This document shows, one piece after another, positions 15,607 through 25,619 of a stretch of DNA of 34,169 nucleotides. Under the pieces are notes generated by a model. It ran no database searches, was not told the DNA's origin, and was given only the letters and a program-made list of their open reading frames with translations. Made by a program: the position numbers and the translations under genes. The stretch comes from a virus (lineage: Duplodnaviria; Caudoviricetes). Position 1 is the stretch's first letter, and each line of letters opens with the position of its first letter. The DNA is taken from positions 1-34,169 of the IMG/VR virus record IMGVR_UViG_3300046167_000225. The stretch is one strand, 5' to 3'.

Positions 15607-17751
15607 ATGAGTTCAGCAACTAAATTGATGCAAGCGCAAGGAAGCGCGGTCGGAACTAACCTTGAGTGGTACGCACTACGTCCTGACAGCGGAGCAACGT
15701 ATGATGACGTAGCTATCAACATGGGGCATGCCGTGTTTGATGAAAATAACAACTTATACGTTAGCTATTTCGGAAACGGCTATCAAAACAACTATGGTGT
15801 TTTTGCAGGAGTTGCAGATGATTGCATTATGTCGATTAACACTTCTGATTTTAGTGTGAATTGGAATAAACAATACAGTGCCGCTAGTTTTGGTGATAAT
15901 ACTCTTGTGTGGTCTGAAGTATATAATCGTTTGTACGCAATTTCAAAGTCCACCTCTACCGCAAGTAGAGTTGATTTTTGTATTATTAACCCTTCCGATG
16001 GTAGTGAAATAGATTCTGACACATTTGCGGACAGTACAAGCACTTATTATCCCGAGCTGTATGCCGGTGCTGTAAGGCCATCTGACGGACACTGTATACC
16101 TGTGGGGAGGTTGAGAAATCAGTCAGCTACAAGTGACCATAAAGGCATTCACATGGAGGTCTACGGCAGCACTTCTATTACCAAGTCAACGTCTTATACT
16201 TTTGAAAACAGCGGTGACGATATTGCTTTAGCAAGTATTGAGTGGTCTGAAAACGATCAAGACTTTTACGCCTACGGAATTGCTGACGCTAATACATTTT
16301 CAGCATCAAGAATAAATTCTACCGGCAGCCCGTCAGGAAGCGCATATATCTACACTGTCAGCACAATTCCTAGCGGTGATGTTGGAGGTGCTTATGTATT
16401 AGCAATAGACGACTCGGGTAATAGATTTGTTCTTCATATATCTGACGACACAGACGCAACTTACTCGGTATTAACTTGCTTTGATAGTGCGGCATTAAAC
16501 GACACATCTCCTGCGTGGAGCGTCCGTTTAGATTACACAATAGGTGTAAGAGCTACCGGATGCTTAGGAGCAGATGGCAATTTATACATCGCAACCAATA
16601 ACGGCACTCTTATTCAAGTGGATACAAGTGACGGATCGTTATTAAACGCTATGTACATTCCAAGCCCTATAATTTGGGACGGATATGAGGACAATGCTTT
16701 ACAGCCATACATTAACGGAGATCCTGTTTATGGAACGATTACTTCTATAAACTCTAATGACTCAAAGATATACATAACATTTAGCGGTAGTTTTGTTTCA
16801 AGTTCGATGCACGGCAATATATTAGTCATACCGGAAGAAGACTTTGGTGAGGAGTTCGTACTTGCAGGTGGATCGGGACTGCTAACCTACGAAGGAGCAA
16901 CGCACACTACGGTTACTCCCACGTATTCTTACACTGCAATCTCTAATACTAGCGAAACCATAAACGCTTCTGCCATAACTAATAATGATAGCGCCGTTAC
17001 TGTCACAAATTCCTTGTCTACGGTAGAGAAAGGTAGTTCGCCAATAATTATTCCTTTAAGCAGAGATCACGAAGGAGGAGGAATTAATACTAACACGGTA
17101 AATTTACCGGATAGCATTGAGGCAAATTATTTATCTGTAGAGATAAAAGAAAATGATGTTGTTGTTTATATTAGTGCCTGCGCTAACGATAATGGCGACT
17201 CAACTTCAAGCAATCTAGTCACCACAACTTCGGGTTACACAACCATAACAAGTTTAGATCAGGCTGTTACCAACGGTTCGTGCATGGTTGTTGGATGGAA
17301 GCGTATGGGATCTACTCCTGACACGAGTATTAGATTGCCGGAAAGTAAGGTATCTACTAATGGTCAGGCGTATCTAATGTTTTTGATTAGAGGTCTTTCG
17401 AGCGACGCAGATGTTGTAGATTCTTTTACTACAGAGGAAGGCAGCTCTATCACTTCAGCAGGTTTTCCGGCGATTACTCCCACGGGAAATAGTTTTGTTG
17501 TTACTGTAGGAACTATGGGTTATGCAGGTACTAGATACGTTACAAGCCCAACAGATATAGACGCAGGCGATTACGACAGCTTGGTTAATTTTTCCGGCAA
17601 CGTAACAGGCTCTGACACTCACGACTGTAGCACTTTTTACGCAACCACTAACGTAGCGGCAGGACAGACTTTTACTCCTAGCGATTGGAGTTTAGACCCC
17701 GGAAGCACTTCCGCATCCTACGTTGCAGCAACGATAGCATTTAAGAAATAG
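15607..17751 (+). CDS. putative receptor-binding/tail-spike protein
   Basis: 714 aa, S/T/D/Y-rich beta-type sequence between the fibre and fibre chaperone genes. Confidence 0.6.
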   Translation: MSSATKLMQAQGSAVGTNLEWYALRPDSGATYDDVAINMGHAVFDENNNLYVSYFGNGYQNNYGVFAGVADDCIMSINTSDFSVNWNKQYSAASFGDNTLVWSEVYNRLYAISKSTSTASRVDFCIINPSDGSEIDSDTFADSTSTYYPELYAGAVRPSDGHCIPVGRLRNQSATSDHKGIHMEVYGSTSITKSTSYTFENSGDDIALASIEWSENDQDFYAYGIADANTFSASRINSTGSPSGSAYIYTVSTIPSGDVGGAYVLAIDDSGNRFVLHISDDTDATYSVLTCFDSAALNDTSPAWSVRLDYTIGVRATGCLGADGNLYIATNNGTLIQVDTSDGSLLNAMYIPSPIIWDGYEDNALQPYINGDPVYGTITSINSNDSKIYITFSGSFVSSSMHGNILVIPEEDFGEEFVLAGGSGLLTYEGATHTTVTPTYSYTAISNTSETINASAITNNDSAVTVTNSLSTVEKGSSPIIIPLSRDHEGGGINTNTVNLPDSIEANYLSVEIKENDVVVYISACANDNGDSTSSNLVTTTSGYTTITSLDQAVTNGSCMVVGWKRMGSTPDTSIRLPESKVSTNGQAYLMFLIRGLSSDADVVDSFTTEEGSSITSAGFPAITPTGNSFVVTVGTMGYAGTRYVTSPTDIDAGDYDSLVNFSGNVTGSDTHDCSTFYATTNVAAGQTFTPSDWSLDPGSTSASYVAATIAFKK

Positions 17752-17759
17752 AGGTTTTT

Positions 17760-18242
17760 ATGTATAGAGTAAGAAGCACAGGCGAAATTAAAAACGCAAG
17801 CGAAATTAGGGCTATGAACCCTAACGTCTCTATGCCGCAGAAGTTTACGACAGTTACTTGTGACGCTCTCGGAATTGATCTAGTTAAGCCCTCAACACGA
17901 CCTGAGCCTACAGGCACTTACAAGAAAGTCATTAAGAATGGCTATGAGCAGGTAAATGGTTCGTGGCAGGTTGCGTGGTTAGAGGTAGATATGTTTACCG
18001 CAAACGACTCACAGACCAAAGCCGAACAAGAGGCTGCTTACCAATCTGAGCTTGATGCGGAGAAAGCTGCTGATGTGCGGAATCAGCGCAATGGCTTGCT
18101 CACGTCGTCCGATTGGACACAGGTAGACGACTCTCAAGTAGACAAGGCGGCATGGGCTACTTACAGGCAGGCTCTTAGAGACATAACATTGCACGCTAGC
18201 TTTCCTAATCTTACAGAAGATGATTGGCCTACTGAGCCATAA
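17760..18242 (+). CDS. tail fibre assembly chaperone
   Basis: C-terminal RNQRNGLLTSSDWTQ..WATYRQALRDIT..WPTEP motif. Confidence 0.85.
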   Translation: MYRVRSTGEIKNASEIRAMNPNVSMPQKFTTVTCDALGIDLVKPSTRPEPTGTYKKVIKNGYEQVNGSWQVAWLEVDMFTANDSQTKAEQEAAYQSELDAEKAADVRNQRNGLLTSSDWTQVDDSQVDKAAWATYRQALRDITLHASFPNLTEDDWPTEP

Positions 18243-18287
18243 CCTAAAGGTTCGCGTAGTTTAACAAAGCAGTAGAGGAACAACAGA

Positions 18288-18542
18288 ATGGAAGATCGAC
18301 TAAGCAGGCTAGAACAAAAGATAGATATGCTGTCAGAAGCTGTTGTTTCTCTAGCGCGTGTTGAAGAACGTCTAGTGACTGTGTTTAACAGACAGTCGCA
18401 CATAGAAGCCAAGGTAGAAAACATAGATAACAAAGTTGATGAGCTGTCTCAGGGAATGGTTAGCTCTAAACTGGTAGAGCGCCTCATCTGGGTTATCATT
18501 GTCGCAGGTGTTAGCACTGCCTTCACTTTATTAGGAAACTAG
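18288..18542 (+). CDS. coiled-coil plus C-terminal TM protein (XhlA-like/holin candidate)
   Basis: Heptad-rich N-terminus and a hydrophobic C-terminal segment LIWVIIVAGVSTAFTLLG. Confidence 0.55.
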   Translation: MEDRLSRLEQKIDMLSEAVVSLARVEERLVTVFNRQSHIEAKVENIDNKVDELSQGMVSSKLVERLIWVIIVAGVSTAFTLLGN

Positions 18543-18543
18543 G

Positions 18544-19191
18544 ATGACTTATTTAGAATTAGTCAACAGCGTGCTACGTCGTCTGCGTGAGAATCAAGTA
18601 GAGACTGTAGCAGAGACGAGCTACTCAGCCTTGATTGGCGACTTTGTCAACGACGCTAAGCAGATCGTAGAAGACGCACACAGTTGGTCAGCGCTGCGTA
18701 CTGGCGTTGAGTTTGACACTGTTAACGGTACGTCAGTGTACTCACTAACAGGCTCTGGACAGGACGTTGAAGTAAGAGAGGCGTTGAACACAACACAGAA
18801 AGGACGCCTTACAGCTAAAAACAGAACGTACATGAATCGCTACTACAAGATAGGTACTCCTGCGACTGGCATACCTACAGAGTTTGCGTTCAACGGCGTT
18901 GACAACAACGGCGACATTACAGTGCAAGTGTATCCACAGCCTGACAATGTCTATACGTTGTTCTTTGACGCCTTTGTTAGACAGCCTGACCTCACTGAAG
19001 ACGCTACACGGCTTAAAGTGCCTCACAACGCTGTTGTACAGCTTGCGTTGGCTATGGCGTTGCGTGAGCGAGGCGAGACAGGTGGTCAGTCAGCAGCAGA
19101 GCAGTTTTCAGTGGCTGATGCAGTGTTGTCTGACGCTGTAGCCTTTGATGCTAACAAGTACGACGAAGACACAACATACGTCGCTGTCTAA
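18544..19191 (+). CDS. head-tail adaptor / tail tubular protein A-like
   Basis: MTYLELVNSVLRRLRE N-terminus, 215 aa, upstream of the nozzle-sized gene. Confidence 0.75.
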   Translation: MTYLELVNSVLRRLRENQVETVAETSYSALIGDFVNDAKQIVEDAHSWSALRTGVEFDTVNGTSVYSLTGSGQDVEVREALNTTQKGRLTAKNRTYMNRYYKIGTPATGIPTEFAFNGVDNNGDITVQVYPQPDNVYTLFFDAFVRQPDLTEDATRLKVPHNAVVQLALAMALRERGETGGQSAAEQFSVADAVLSDAVAFDANKYDEDTTYVAV

Positions 19192-19200
19192 GGAACTTAA

Positions 19201-20724
19201 ATGGCTCAACAACTACAAAGCATTACTATTACTGCTCCGGGCTTTGCAGGCATTAACACGCAAGACGCCCCGCTGTCACAAGAGCCTACCTTTGCTGCTG
19301 TAGCGGATAACTGCGTCATTGACAAAGAAGGCAGGATAGCGGCTCGTAAGGGCTATGAAATACTGAACGGCAACGATTTGCTAGGCTCTTCAGACGGTGT
19401 TGAGTCTATGGGTGAGTTTGTTGCTGCTGATGGTGACGTTACGTTTTTCTCCGCAGGCAACAACAAGATATTCTCAGGCACTACCACGATGGTAGATGAG
19501 ACTCCTGCAGCCTACAGCATTACAGAAAACAATTGGAAGATGGTTAACTTTAATGACCATATGTACTTCTTCCAACGTGGTTATGAGCCTTTGGTATACG
19601 CAGACCACACAGGAACTGTCGTGCCAATGTCATCACACGCACACGCTACAGGCACGCCTCCCGAGGGTCATGTGGCAATTGCTGCGTTTGGTCGCATGTG
19701 GGTTGCAGACTTTGAAGACGACAAGTCTACGATCTATTGGTCTGATCTGCTAGACGGTACAGCGTGGTCAGGAGGCTCAACAGGCTCTATAGACATCACT
19801 AACGTGTGGCCTACAGGGTATGACACTATTACTGCTCTAGCAGCACACAACGGCTTCCTAATCATCTTTGGACGCAACTCTATCCTTGTCTACGAAGGCG
19901 CAAGTAGCCCTGCTAACATGACGTTGACAGACACCATCTCTAACGTGGGTTGTGTCGGCAGAGACGCCGTAGTCAGCACAGGTAAGGACTTGATCTTCTT
20001 AGACGACTCAGGCGTGCGTAGTCTGTCTAGGACAATACAAGAGAAGTCAGCGCCCATTGGTGACATCTCTAAGAACGTTAACAACGATGTTAAGTCTTTG
20101 TTTGCTGCAGAGACTGGGGACATAAAGATGCACTATTCGCCACGACAGGCGTTTGTGTTGCTCAACTTCCCAGTGCTAGGCGTTACGTACACGTTTGACA
20201 CACGCTTTCCTCTGCAGGACGGCAGCTACAGAGCTACAACGTGGTCGCACATGAATCCGTTGTGCTTTACAGAGACAGCAGCAGAAGAGTTGTACATTGG
20301 TGTGCTAGACGGAATTGCAGAGTACAAAGGATATGAAGACAACGACACAGCCTATCTGCTTAGCTACTTTAGCCACCCACTGAGCTTTGGCAGCACGTCT
20401 AATCTGAAGTTCCTGAAGAAGATTAACCTGACCACCTTTGACGGTGCAGAGGCAACAGTGGTATTGAACTGGGCTTATGACTACTCAGGCGCATACACCA
20501 AGCAAGCCTACACACTGCCTAAGTCTAACGTTGGTCAGTATAACATATCAGAGTTCAACACAGAGGCTGAGTATTCGTCGTCTATAGCGCTCATCAATCG
20601 TCAGAAGATCAACGCTAGCGGACAAGGCACTGTAGTCGCTGTTGGTGTTGAGACGACTGTAGAAGGCAAGTCTATAGCAATACAAGAGCTGAACATTCAC
20701 GCATTACTAGGAAGGATTGTTTAA
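19201..20724 (+). CDS. tail nozzle / P22 gp10-like DNA stabilisation protein
   Basis: 507 aa beta-rich protein with IYWSD and NVGC motifs; position in a podovirus tail module. Confidence 0.75.
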   Translation: MAQQLQSITITAPGFAGINTQDAPLSQEPTFAAVADNCVIDKEGRIAARKGYEILNGNDLLGSSDGVESMGEFVAADGDVTFFSAGNNKIFSGTTTMVDETPAAYSITENNWKMVNFNDHMYFFQRGYEPLVYADHTGTVVPMSSHAHATGTPPEGHVAIAAFGRMWVADFEDDKSTIYWSDLLDGTAWSGGSTGSIDITNVWPTGYDTITALAAHNGFLIIFGRNSILVYEGASSPANMTLTDTISNVGCVGRDAVVSTGKDLIFLDDSGVRSLSRTIQEKSAPIGDISKNVNNDVKSLFAAETGDIKMHYSPRQAFVLLNFPVLGVTYTFDTRFPLQDGSYRATTWSHMNPLCFTETAAEELYIGVLDGIAEYKGYEDNDTAYLLSYFSHPLSFGSTSNLKFLKKINLTTFDGAEATVVLNWAYDYSGAYTKQAYTLPKSNVGQYNISEFNTEAEYSSSIALINRQKINASGQGTVVAVGVETTVEGKSIAIQELNIHALLGRIV

Positions 20725-20957
20725 TGTCTAACTATACTAAGCTAACTAACTTTGCAGCCAAAGACGCGCTCGTTAGTGGCAACCCTGCTAAAGTAATTAA
20801 AGGTGCTGAAGTAGGTGCAGAGTTTGACTCTGTTGCTGTTGCGGTGAATAGCAAAGCAAACACTGCATCACCTACGTTCACAGGTACGGCTACGTTTGAC
20901 AACGTCACTGCCACAGGAACACTAACGCTCTCTACTGTTGACGGCGGTACATACTGA
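20724..20957 (+). CDS. small structural protein
   Basis: MSNYTKLTNFAAKD..SPTFTG..DGGTY; TAATG coupling. Confidence 0.7.
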   Translation: MSNYTKLTNFAAKDALVSGNPAKVIKGAEVGAEFDSVAVAVNSKANTASPTFTGTATFDNVTATGTLTLSTVDGGTY

Positions 20958-21112
20958 TGCTGCCTGTCGAAGCCAAACAAGAGTTGATGTTAAAGTTAAT
21001 TGAGGCAACGGCAGGTGAATACGGCGTAGAGGAGCTGATAGAGCTGTACTTCTTTATCACAACGCCTGACGAAGATGAAAAGCCTACACTGACTGTATTG
21101 GGGAAGAAGTAA
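20957..21112 (+). CDS. 51-aa hypothetical protein
   Basis: Not in track. MLPVEAKQELMLKLIEATAGEYGVEELIELYFFITTPDEDEKPTLTVLGKK*; TGATG coupled and abuts the next ATG. Confidence 0.6.
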   Translation: MLPVEAKQELMLKLIEATAGEYGVEELIELYFFITTPDEDEKPTLTVLGKK

Positions 21113-21487
21113 ATGAGTCACTTTTCAACATCTTTTATTGCAGAAGCAGTAGAAAAAGGTTGGAAACTGCAGCAAGAACTGGTATACTATTCAGACCTTC
21201 TTGGCAAGACAATTGTTGTGCCTAAAGGTTACTTCACAGACTTAGCTAGTGTACCACAGATTATGCAGTTTGTAGTCCCTGTAGCGAATGCTAGAAACAG
21301 GAAAGCCGCTGTAGTGCATGACTACCTTTGCACACACGGTCAAGAGTTAGGGATTGTAGCAGATCAAAAGCAAGCTGACAAGGTCTTTAGAGAGGCTTTG
21401 CGTGCGTTAGGTTTGGGTAGGGTTAGATCAGCAGCGCTGTACTACCCTGTAAGGACGTATCAATGGATAACAGGATGGTTTCGATGA
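21113..21487 (+). CDS. DUF1353-like protein
   Basis: VPKGYFTDLASVP, AAVVHDYL and ADKVFREAL motifs. Confidence 0.85.
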   Translation: MSHFSTSFIAEAVEKGWKLQQELVYYSDLLGKTIVVPKGYFTDLASVPQIMQFVVPVANARNRKAAVVHDYLCTHGQELGIVADQKQADKVFREALRALGLGRVRSAALYYPVRTYQWITGWFR

Positions 21488-21720
21488 GAACACTATTACT
21501 AGCAATTACAGCACTGACACTAGCTAGCTGCTCACAGCTTAACAGCCTTGAGATTACAGCGGAGGACAACGCTATGGCCTGTGTAAAAGGTGCTACGTCA
21601 GCGACTTCAGGTGTGTTTGGAGGTAACGTTGCCGGAATTACTGTAGAGCTTCCTCAGTCAGTTGACACAACAAACTGGACTGCAGAGGACTGGAAGACAC
21701 TCGCTGAGCTTTGCGACTAA
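21484..21720 (+). CDS. lipoprotein
   Basis: MRTLLLAITALTLASC: signal peptide II with lipobox LASC; ATGA overlap. Confidence 0.75.
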   Translation: MRTLLLAITALTLASCSQLNSLEITAEDNAMACVKGATSATSGVFGGNVAGITVELPQSVDTTNWTAEDWKTLAELCD

Positions 21721-21729
21721 GGAGCTAGT

Positions 21730-23394
21730 ATGTCTGATGTCATAATACCACAAAGCCTGTTTAGAGTTGCAGGCAGTCCAGTTGCCTCAAGCGGACTAAC
21801 TGCTGCTGCCTCTGCAGCGCCTGCGTTGGCAGAGACAGCTAAGATGGGCTTGTTTGGTTTTGACCCTGCGTCTATAGCTTTTTCTCTATTTCTAAACAAC
21901 ATCCTTGGTAAAGAGCCTCTGCTAACAGAAACACCTATGACGCCTGAAGAGGCAGCTAAGTTTGCAGGACAGCAACGGATTAATACGGCTTTAGGCGGCG
22001 TCGGCGAAGGCGCAGGTGAGTTCTTGTTAGACGCTATCGAGCAAGCAAGGGCAGCTAACGTCACGCCAGAAGAGATTGCAGAAGCATTGAACACTGCTGA
22101 TGACGTTACAGCAGGTTTAATTAACTTAACTGTCGGCAGTAATCAACCGTTTGTTGACGTTTCTTCTGCAGGAGGCGGAGGAGGCGGAGGCGGCGGTGGT
22201 GGTGGCGGTGCTGCGACATCAGAAGAAACTGTAGACTTAACAGCTGACACTACAGCTAGTGACTTAGATGCAGCTGCTGACACAACAAGCGTTTCTATAG
22301 GCTCAGGAGCGACCGCACAGGACGTTTTAGACTCAGCAGCTCAAGGCCCTGCCGCACCCTCTAGCGTCACTCAGAACGGCTCTACGGGCGTCTCAGAGGG
22401 TTCTGCAACCGGAGACGGCAGTGGAGTTAAAGCTGTAACAGGCATAGAAGGAGACATAGATACTACAGGTTGGGTTAGAACTTCAGAGCTAGGCGCTGAT
22501 ACAATGGTGTATGAAAATACCATTACAGGCGAGACTTTTGAAATAGACATGAAAGACATAGAAAGCCTTCCTGAAAACGAAAAGAAAGCTATCGAGACTG
22601 TTAATAAAAAAACAGGGGCTGTTATAAATACAGGAGCTACTACAGGAACTACCACAGGAGCTACTAATAACAATCTTATAGACATTACAGGCAGTGGTTT
22701 GTTAACTATTGCTAATGTCTTAGACAGTTCTGAAGAAGAAACTGGCACTATGGGGCCTTTTCAAACGCAAGATGCTGCTGATAAAGCTGCAGCAGACGCT
22801 AAAGCCGCTGCTGACGACTTAGGCGACGATGACGACTTAGGCGACGATGACGACTTAGGCGACGATGACGACTTAGGCGATGGTGACGACCTAGGCGACG
22901 ATGACGACTTAGGCGACGATGACGACTTAGGCGACGATGACGACTTAGGCGATGGTGACGACCTAGGCGACGATGACGACCTAGGCGACGATGACTTAGG
23001 CGATGACGACTTAGGCGATGACGACTTAGGCGATGACGACCTAGGCGATGACGACCTAGGCGATGACGACTTAGGCGATGACGACTTAGGCGATGACGAC
23101 CTAGGCGATGACGACCTAGGCGATGACGACCTAGGCGATGACGACTTAGGTGACGGTGACGGCAGTGGCGACGGCGATGGTGACGGTGACGGAAACGGCA
23201 ATGGCGACGGAAACGGCAATGGCAATGGTTTTGGACTTGGCGCTTTAACAGGATTATTAGCTCTTGGTAGAAGCTCTACACCGTTAGCTGACGAGATATA
23301 TAACACAGAATTTAAAATGGATTACTTGAAACCAGAACTACTAGGTCTGCTTGATCTGAGCAGAGGACGCAGAAGCACAGGAAGGAATACATAA
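21730..23394 (+). CDS. putative internal virion/ejection protein with acidic low-complexity repeats
   Basis: 554 aa with poly-Gly and (DDDLG)n tracts; first of four large genes at the end of the structural arm. Confidence 0.65.
   Translation: MSDVIIPQSLFRVAGSPVASSGLTAAASAAPALAETAKMGLFGFDPASIAFSLFLNNILGKEPLLTETPMTPEEAAKFAGQQRINTALGGVGEGAGEFLLDAIEQARAANVTPEEIAEALNTADDVTAGLINLTVGSNQPFVDVSSAGGGGGGGGGGGGGAATSEETVDLTADTTASDLDAAADTTSVSIGSGATAQDVLDSAAQGPAAPSSVTQNGSTGVSEGSATGDGSGVKAVTGIEGDIDTTGWVRTSELGADTMVYENTITGETFEIDMKDIESLPENEKKAIETVNKKTGAVINTGATTGTTTGATNNNLIDITGSGLLTIANVLDSSEEETGTMGPFQTQDAADKAAADAKAAADDLGDDDDLGDDDDLGDDDDLGDGDDLGDDDDLGDDDDLGDDDDLGDGDDLGDDDDLGDDDLGDDDLGDDDLGDDDLGDDDLGDDDLGDDDLGDDDLGDDDLGDDDLGDDDLGDGDGSGDGDGDGDGNGNGDGNGNGNGFGLGALTGLLALGRSSTPLADEIYNTEFKMDYLKPELLGLLDLSRGRRSTGRNT
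22813..23229 (+). repeat. coding tandem repeat: 18-nt then 15-nt units (21 LG-containing units), then a GD/GN tract
   Basis: About 10 units of GACGAYGACGACYTAGGC, then 11 units of GAYGACGACYTAGGC, then GDGDGNGNG. Confidence 0.95.
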
Positions 23395-24368
23395 TGGAAG
23401 GTTTACTTGATTTTCTAACAGGCGACACTGCAGCTAGGATTGCCGCAGGTGCAGGTGCTCTGTACGGCGCTGAAAAAGGCATTGAAAATGTCCGTGGCTT
23501 TGGTGAGCAAGCAATGCAGCGTGCTGAACAGGCTGCTGCTGACGTTGCAGGACAGACGCAGTTTAAGCCCTTCACTGTAACGTCGGGCATTGGTGGCGTG
23601 TCTACAACGCCTACAGGCGGTTTAACAACAACGTTAACACCTGAGCAGCAGGCTTTACAAGAGCAGCTACAGGGCTTTGGCACACAAGCGTTTGGTATGC
23701 TTGGTAGTCCAGAGCAGCGTGCTCAAGAGCAAGCTAGTATTATTGGCATGTTGACTCAAGACCCTAACCAACGCGCTTCCCGCGAACAAGAAATGTATAA
23801 CAGGCTTAGGGCAGTTCAGCAGCCTGAAGAGGCTAGGAAAGCACTAGAGCTTGAAGAGCGTTTGTTTAACCAAGGAAGAGGCGGTGTTCAAACAGCCCTG
23901 TACGGCGGTACTCCTGAGCAACTAGCACAAGCCAAAGCAGTAGAAGAAGCAAAAGCTGTTGCGTCTCTTGGAGCTATAGAGCAAGCAGGCTTAGAGCAAT
24001 ACAGACAGTCTGAGCAGACTCTTGCAGGCTTAGGAGAAGCTAGACAAAAAATGGGCTTGTTTGGTGAGCTTGGTCTTGGTGCGCTAGAGGCTAGTTACTT
24101 ACCACAAGAGCAACTACTACGTACATTACAGCCTTCTATTGATCTGTCTAACATTGCAGGAACAATGCAGCGTCAGGGTGCTCAACTTGGTTCGTCATTG
24201 ATACAGTCAGGTTTAACAGGTCAGCTTGGTGCTGAGACAGCTGCAACTAACTTAGAGCAGAGCCGCATACAAGCAATTACTAACTTGTTAGCAGGTCAAA
24301 TTGGCGCTGACGGACAAGTTACTCAGACTGGTTTGCTGCAAGGCATTCTTAAAGGCATACTAGGTTAG
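23394..24368 (+). CDS. putative ejection (DNA pilot) protein
   Basis: 324 aa, Q/G/A-rich helical sequence with a hydrophobic Gly-rich N-terminus. Confidence 0.65.
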   Translation: MEGLLDFLTGDTAARIAAGAGALYGAEKGIENVRGFGEQAMQRAEQAAADVAGQTQFKPFTVTSGIGGVSTTPTGGLTTTLTPEQQALQEQLQGFGTQAFGMLGSPEQRAQEQASIIGMLTQDPNQRASREQEMYNRLRAVQQPEEARKALELEERLFNQGRGGVQTALYGGTPEQLAQAKAVEEAKAVASLGAIEQAGLEQYRQSEQTLAGLGEARQKMGLFGELGLGALEASYLPQEQLLRTLQPSIDLSNIAGTMQRQGAQLGSSLIQSGLTGQLGAETAATNLEQSRIQAITNLLAGQIGADGQVTQTGLLQGILKGILG

Positions 24369-24377
24369 GAGAAGAAC

Positions 24378-25607
24378 ATGGCAGGCGAAACTATTAACAT
24401 TAACTCATTGTTTGCTGACATCTTGCCAGACCCTGCTGCTGAGATGCGTCAACAGCAGTCTGACTTGCTTAGCGTGCTAGACACTGTAGGCGGCGTTGCA
24501 GCTCTAAACGCACCACAGCAGGCTCAACAGTTACGTTACGCTGCAGGTGGTTTGTTTGGTGTTGACACACGTACACAGTCTGAGAAGCTGCGTGAGCAGT
24601 TAGGCTCTGCTATGCAGGACACAAGCCCAACAGGAATGATTAAACTTGCTAATTTAATACAGCAGAGCAATCCTGAGAAGGCTCTTGAGCTGCGTACAGC
24701 TGCAGCACAGCAAGAAAGGCAGCAACAAGTGGCTAAGCTAGAATCAGAAAGACGACAAGACTTTAGAGACACTGTTGCTCGACGGGCTGCGAACTCTCCT
24801 AGGTTCAGACAAGACGCTGTAGCCATTTCAGAAGGCACGCTACCGCAAGCAGAAATAGAGCGTATCTACCAAGAGTTGACCAAAGAAGAAGAAATACAAG
24901 ACTTAGAGCCTTTGCAGCTTATACTGCCTGATGGCACTCAACAGACTGCTTTGTACGACGAGCAGGGTAACTTCTTTGACGTCACTGACCCAACTAAGAA
25001 GCTAGACCTAGAGCAAGGCACACAAGTAATACGCAGCAGTCAAGTGGGAGGCGCTACAGACTATGCTAACCCACAAGAGATTTCTCTAAAGCAGTCGCAG
25101 ATAGACACTGCTCAGTTTACTACAGGCGTTAACAACGTAATTAGAGCGTTAGAAGAAGCGCCTGACGCAAACACTGCAGCTGCTAGCTTAGGAGGCGTGT
25201 TTAACAGCCTTGTACAAGAAGCAGAAACTGTAATGAACTTAAAAAACACTGGGGATAGAAAAGAGTTGTTTGAGAAGCTAGAACTAGGAACTAAGTCAGC
25301 AGAACTGCAGAGCATGCTCATTGGTCTAGCCTATCAAGCAGCTAAGGCAGAAGGACAAAGAGGCAGAGACGTATCTAACGCTGACATAGAACGCTTTATG
25401 GTACAGCTTGGTGCAAACTCTTCAGACCCAGAAGTTCTTAAGAGAAACCTTACACGTCTGAAGAAGCAGGCACAAGATCGCTTTGCAACGCAATACTCGT
25501 TTGTGCGTAACGAGCCTTGGCAGGGTTCTTTTGAGCCTGTTCAGCAACAAGGTACTAAACAAACTCCTGCGGTTGGTTCAGACATCCCGCCTGACTTTGG
25601 TAAATAA
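24378..25607 (+). CDS. putative internal virion protein
   Basis: 409 aa, Q-rich helical; RBS AGGAG. Confidence 0.6.
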   Translation: MAGETININSLFADILPDPAAEMRQQQSDLLSVLDTVGGVAALNAPQQAQQLRYAAGGLFGVDTRTQSEKLREQLGSAMQDTSPTGMIKLANLIQQSNPEKALELRTAAAQQERQQQVAKLESERRQDFRDTVARRAANSPRFRQDAVAISEGTLPQAEIERIYQELTKEEEIQDLEPLQLILPDGTQQTALYDEQGNFFDVTDPTKKLDLEQGTQVIRSSQVGGATDYANPQEISLKQSQIDTAQFTTGVNNVIRALEEAPDANTAAASLGGVFNSLVQEAETVMNLKNTGDRKELFEKLELGTKSAELQSMLIGLAYQAAKAEGQRGRDVSNADIERFMVQLGANSSDPEVLKRNLTRLKKQAQDRFATQYSFVRNEPWQGSFEPVQQQGTKQTPAVGSDIPPDFGK

Positions 25608-25619
25608 GGTAGAAACACT

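Noticed and set aside
22813-23151. CRISPR or diversity-generating retroelement repeat
   Set aside because: In-frame coding tandem repeat with no spacers; no reverse transcriptase in the genome.
22761-23306. Minus-strand Ser/Pro-rich ORF (SSSPK repeats)
   Set aside because: Antisense shadow of the DDDLG repeat. The T/C variation is synonymous on the plus strand (TTA/CTA) but changes K/R on the minus strand.
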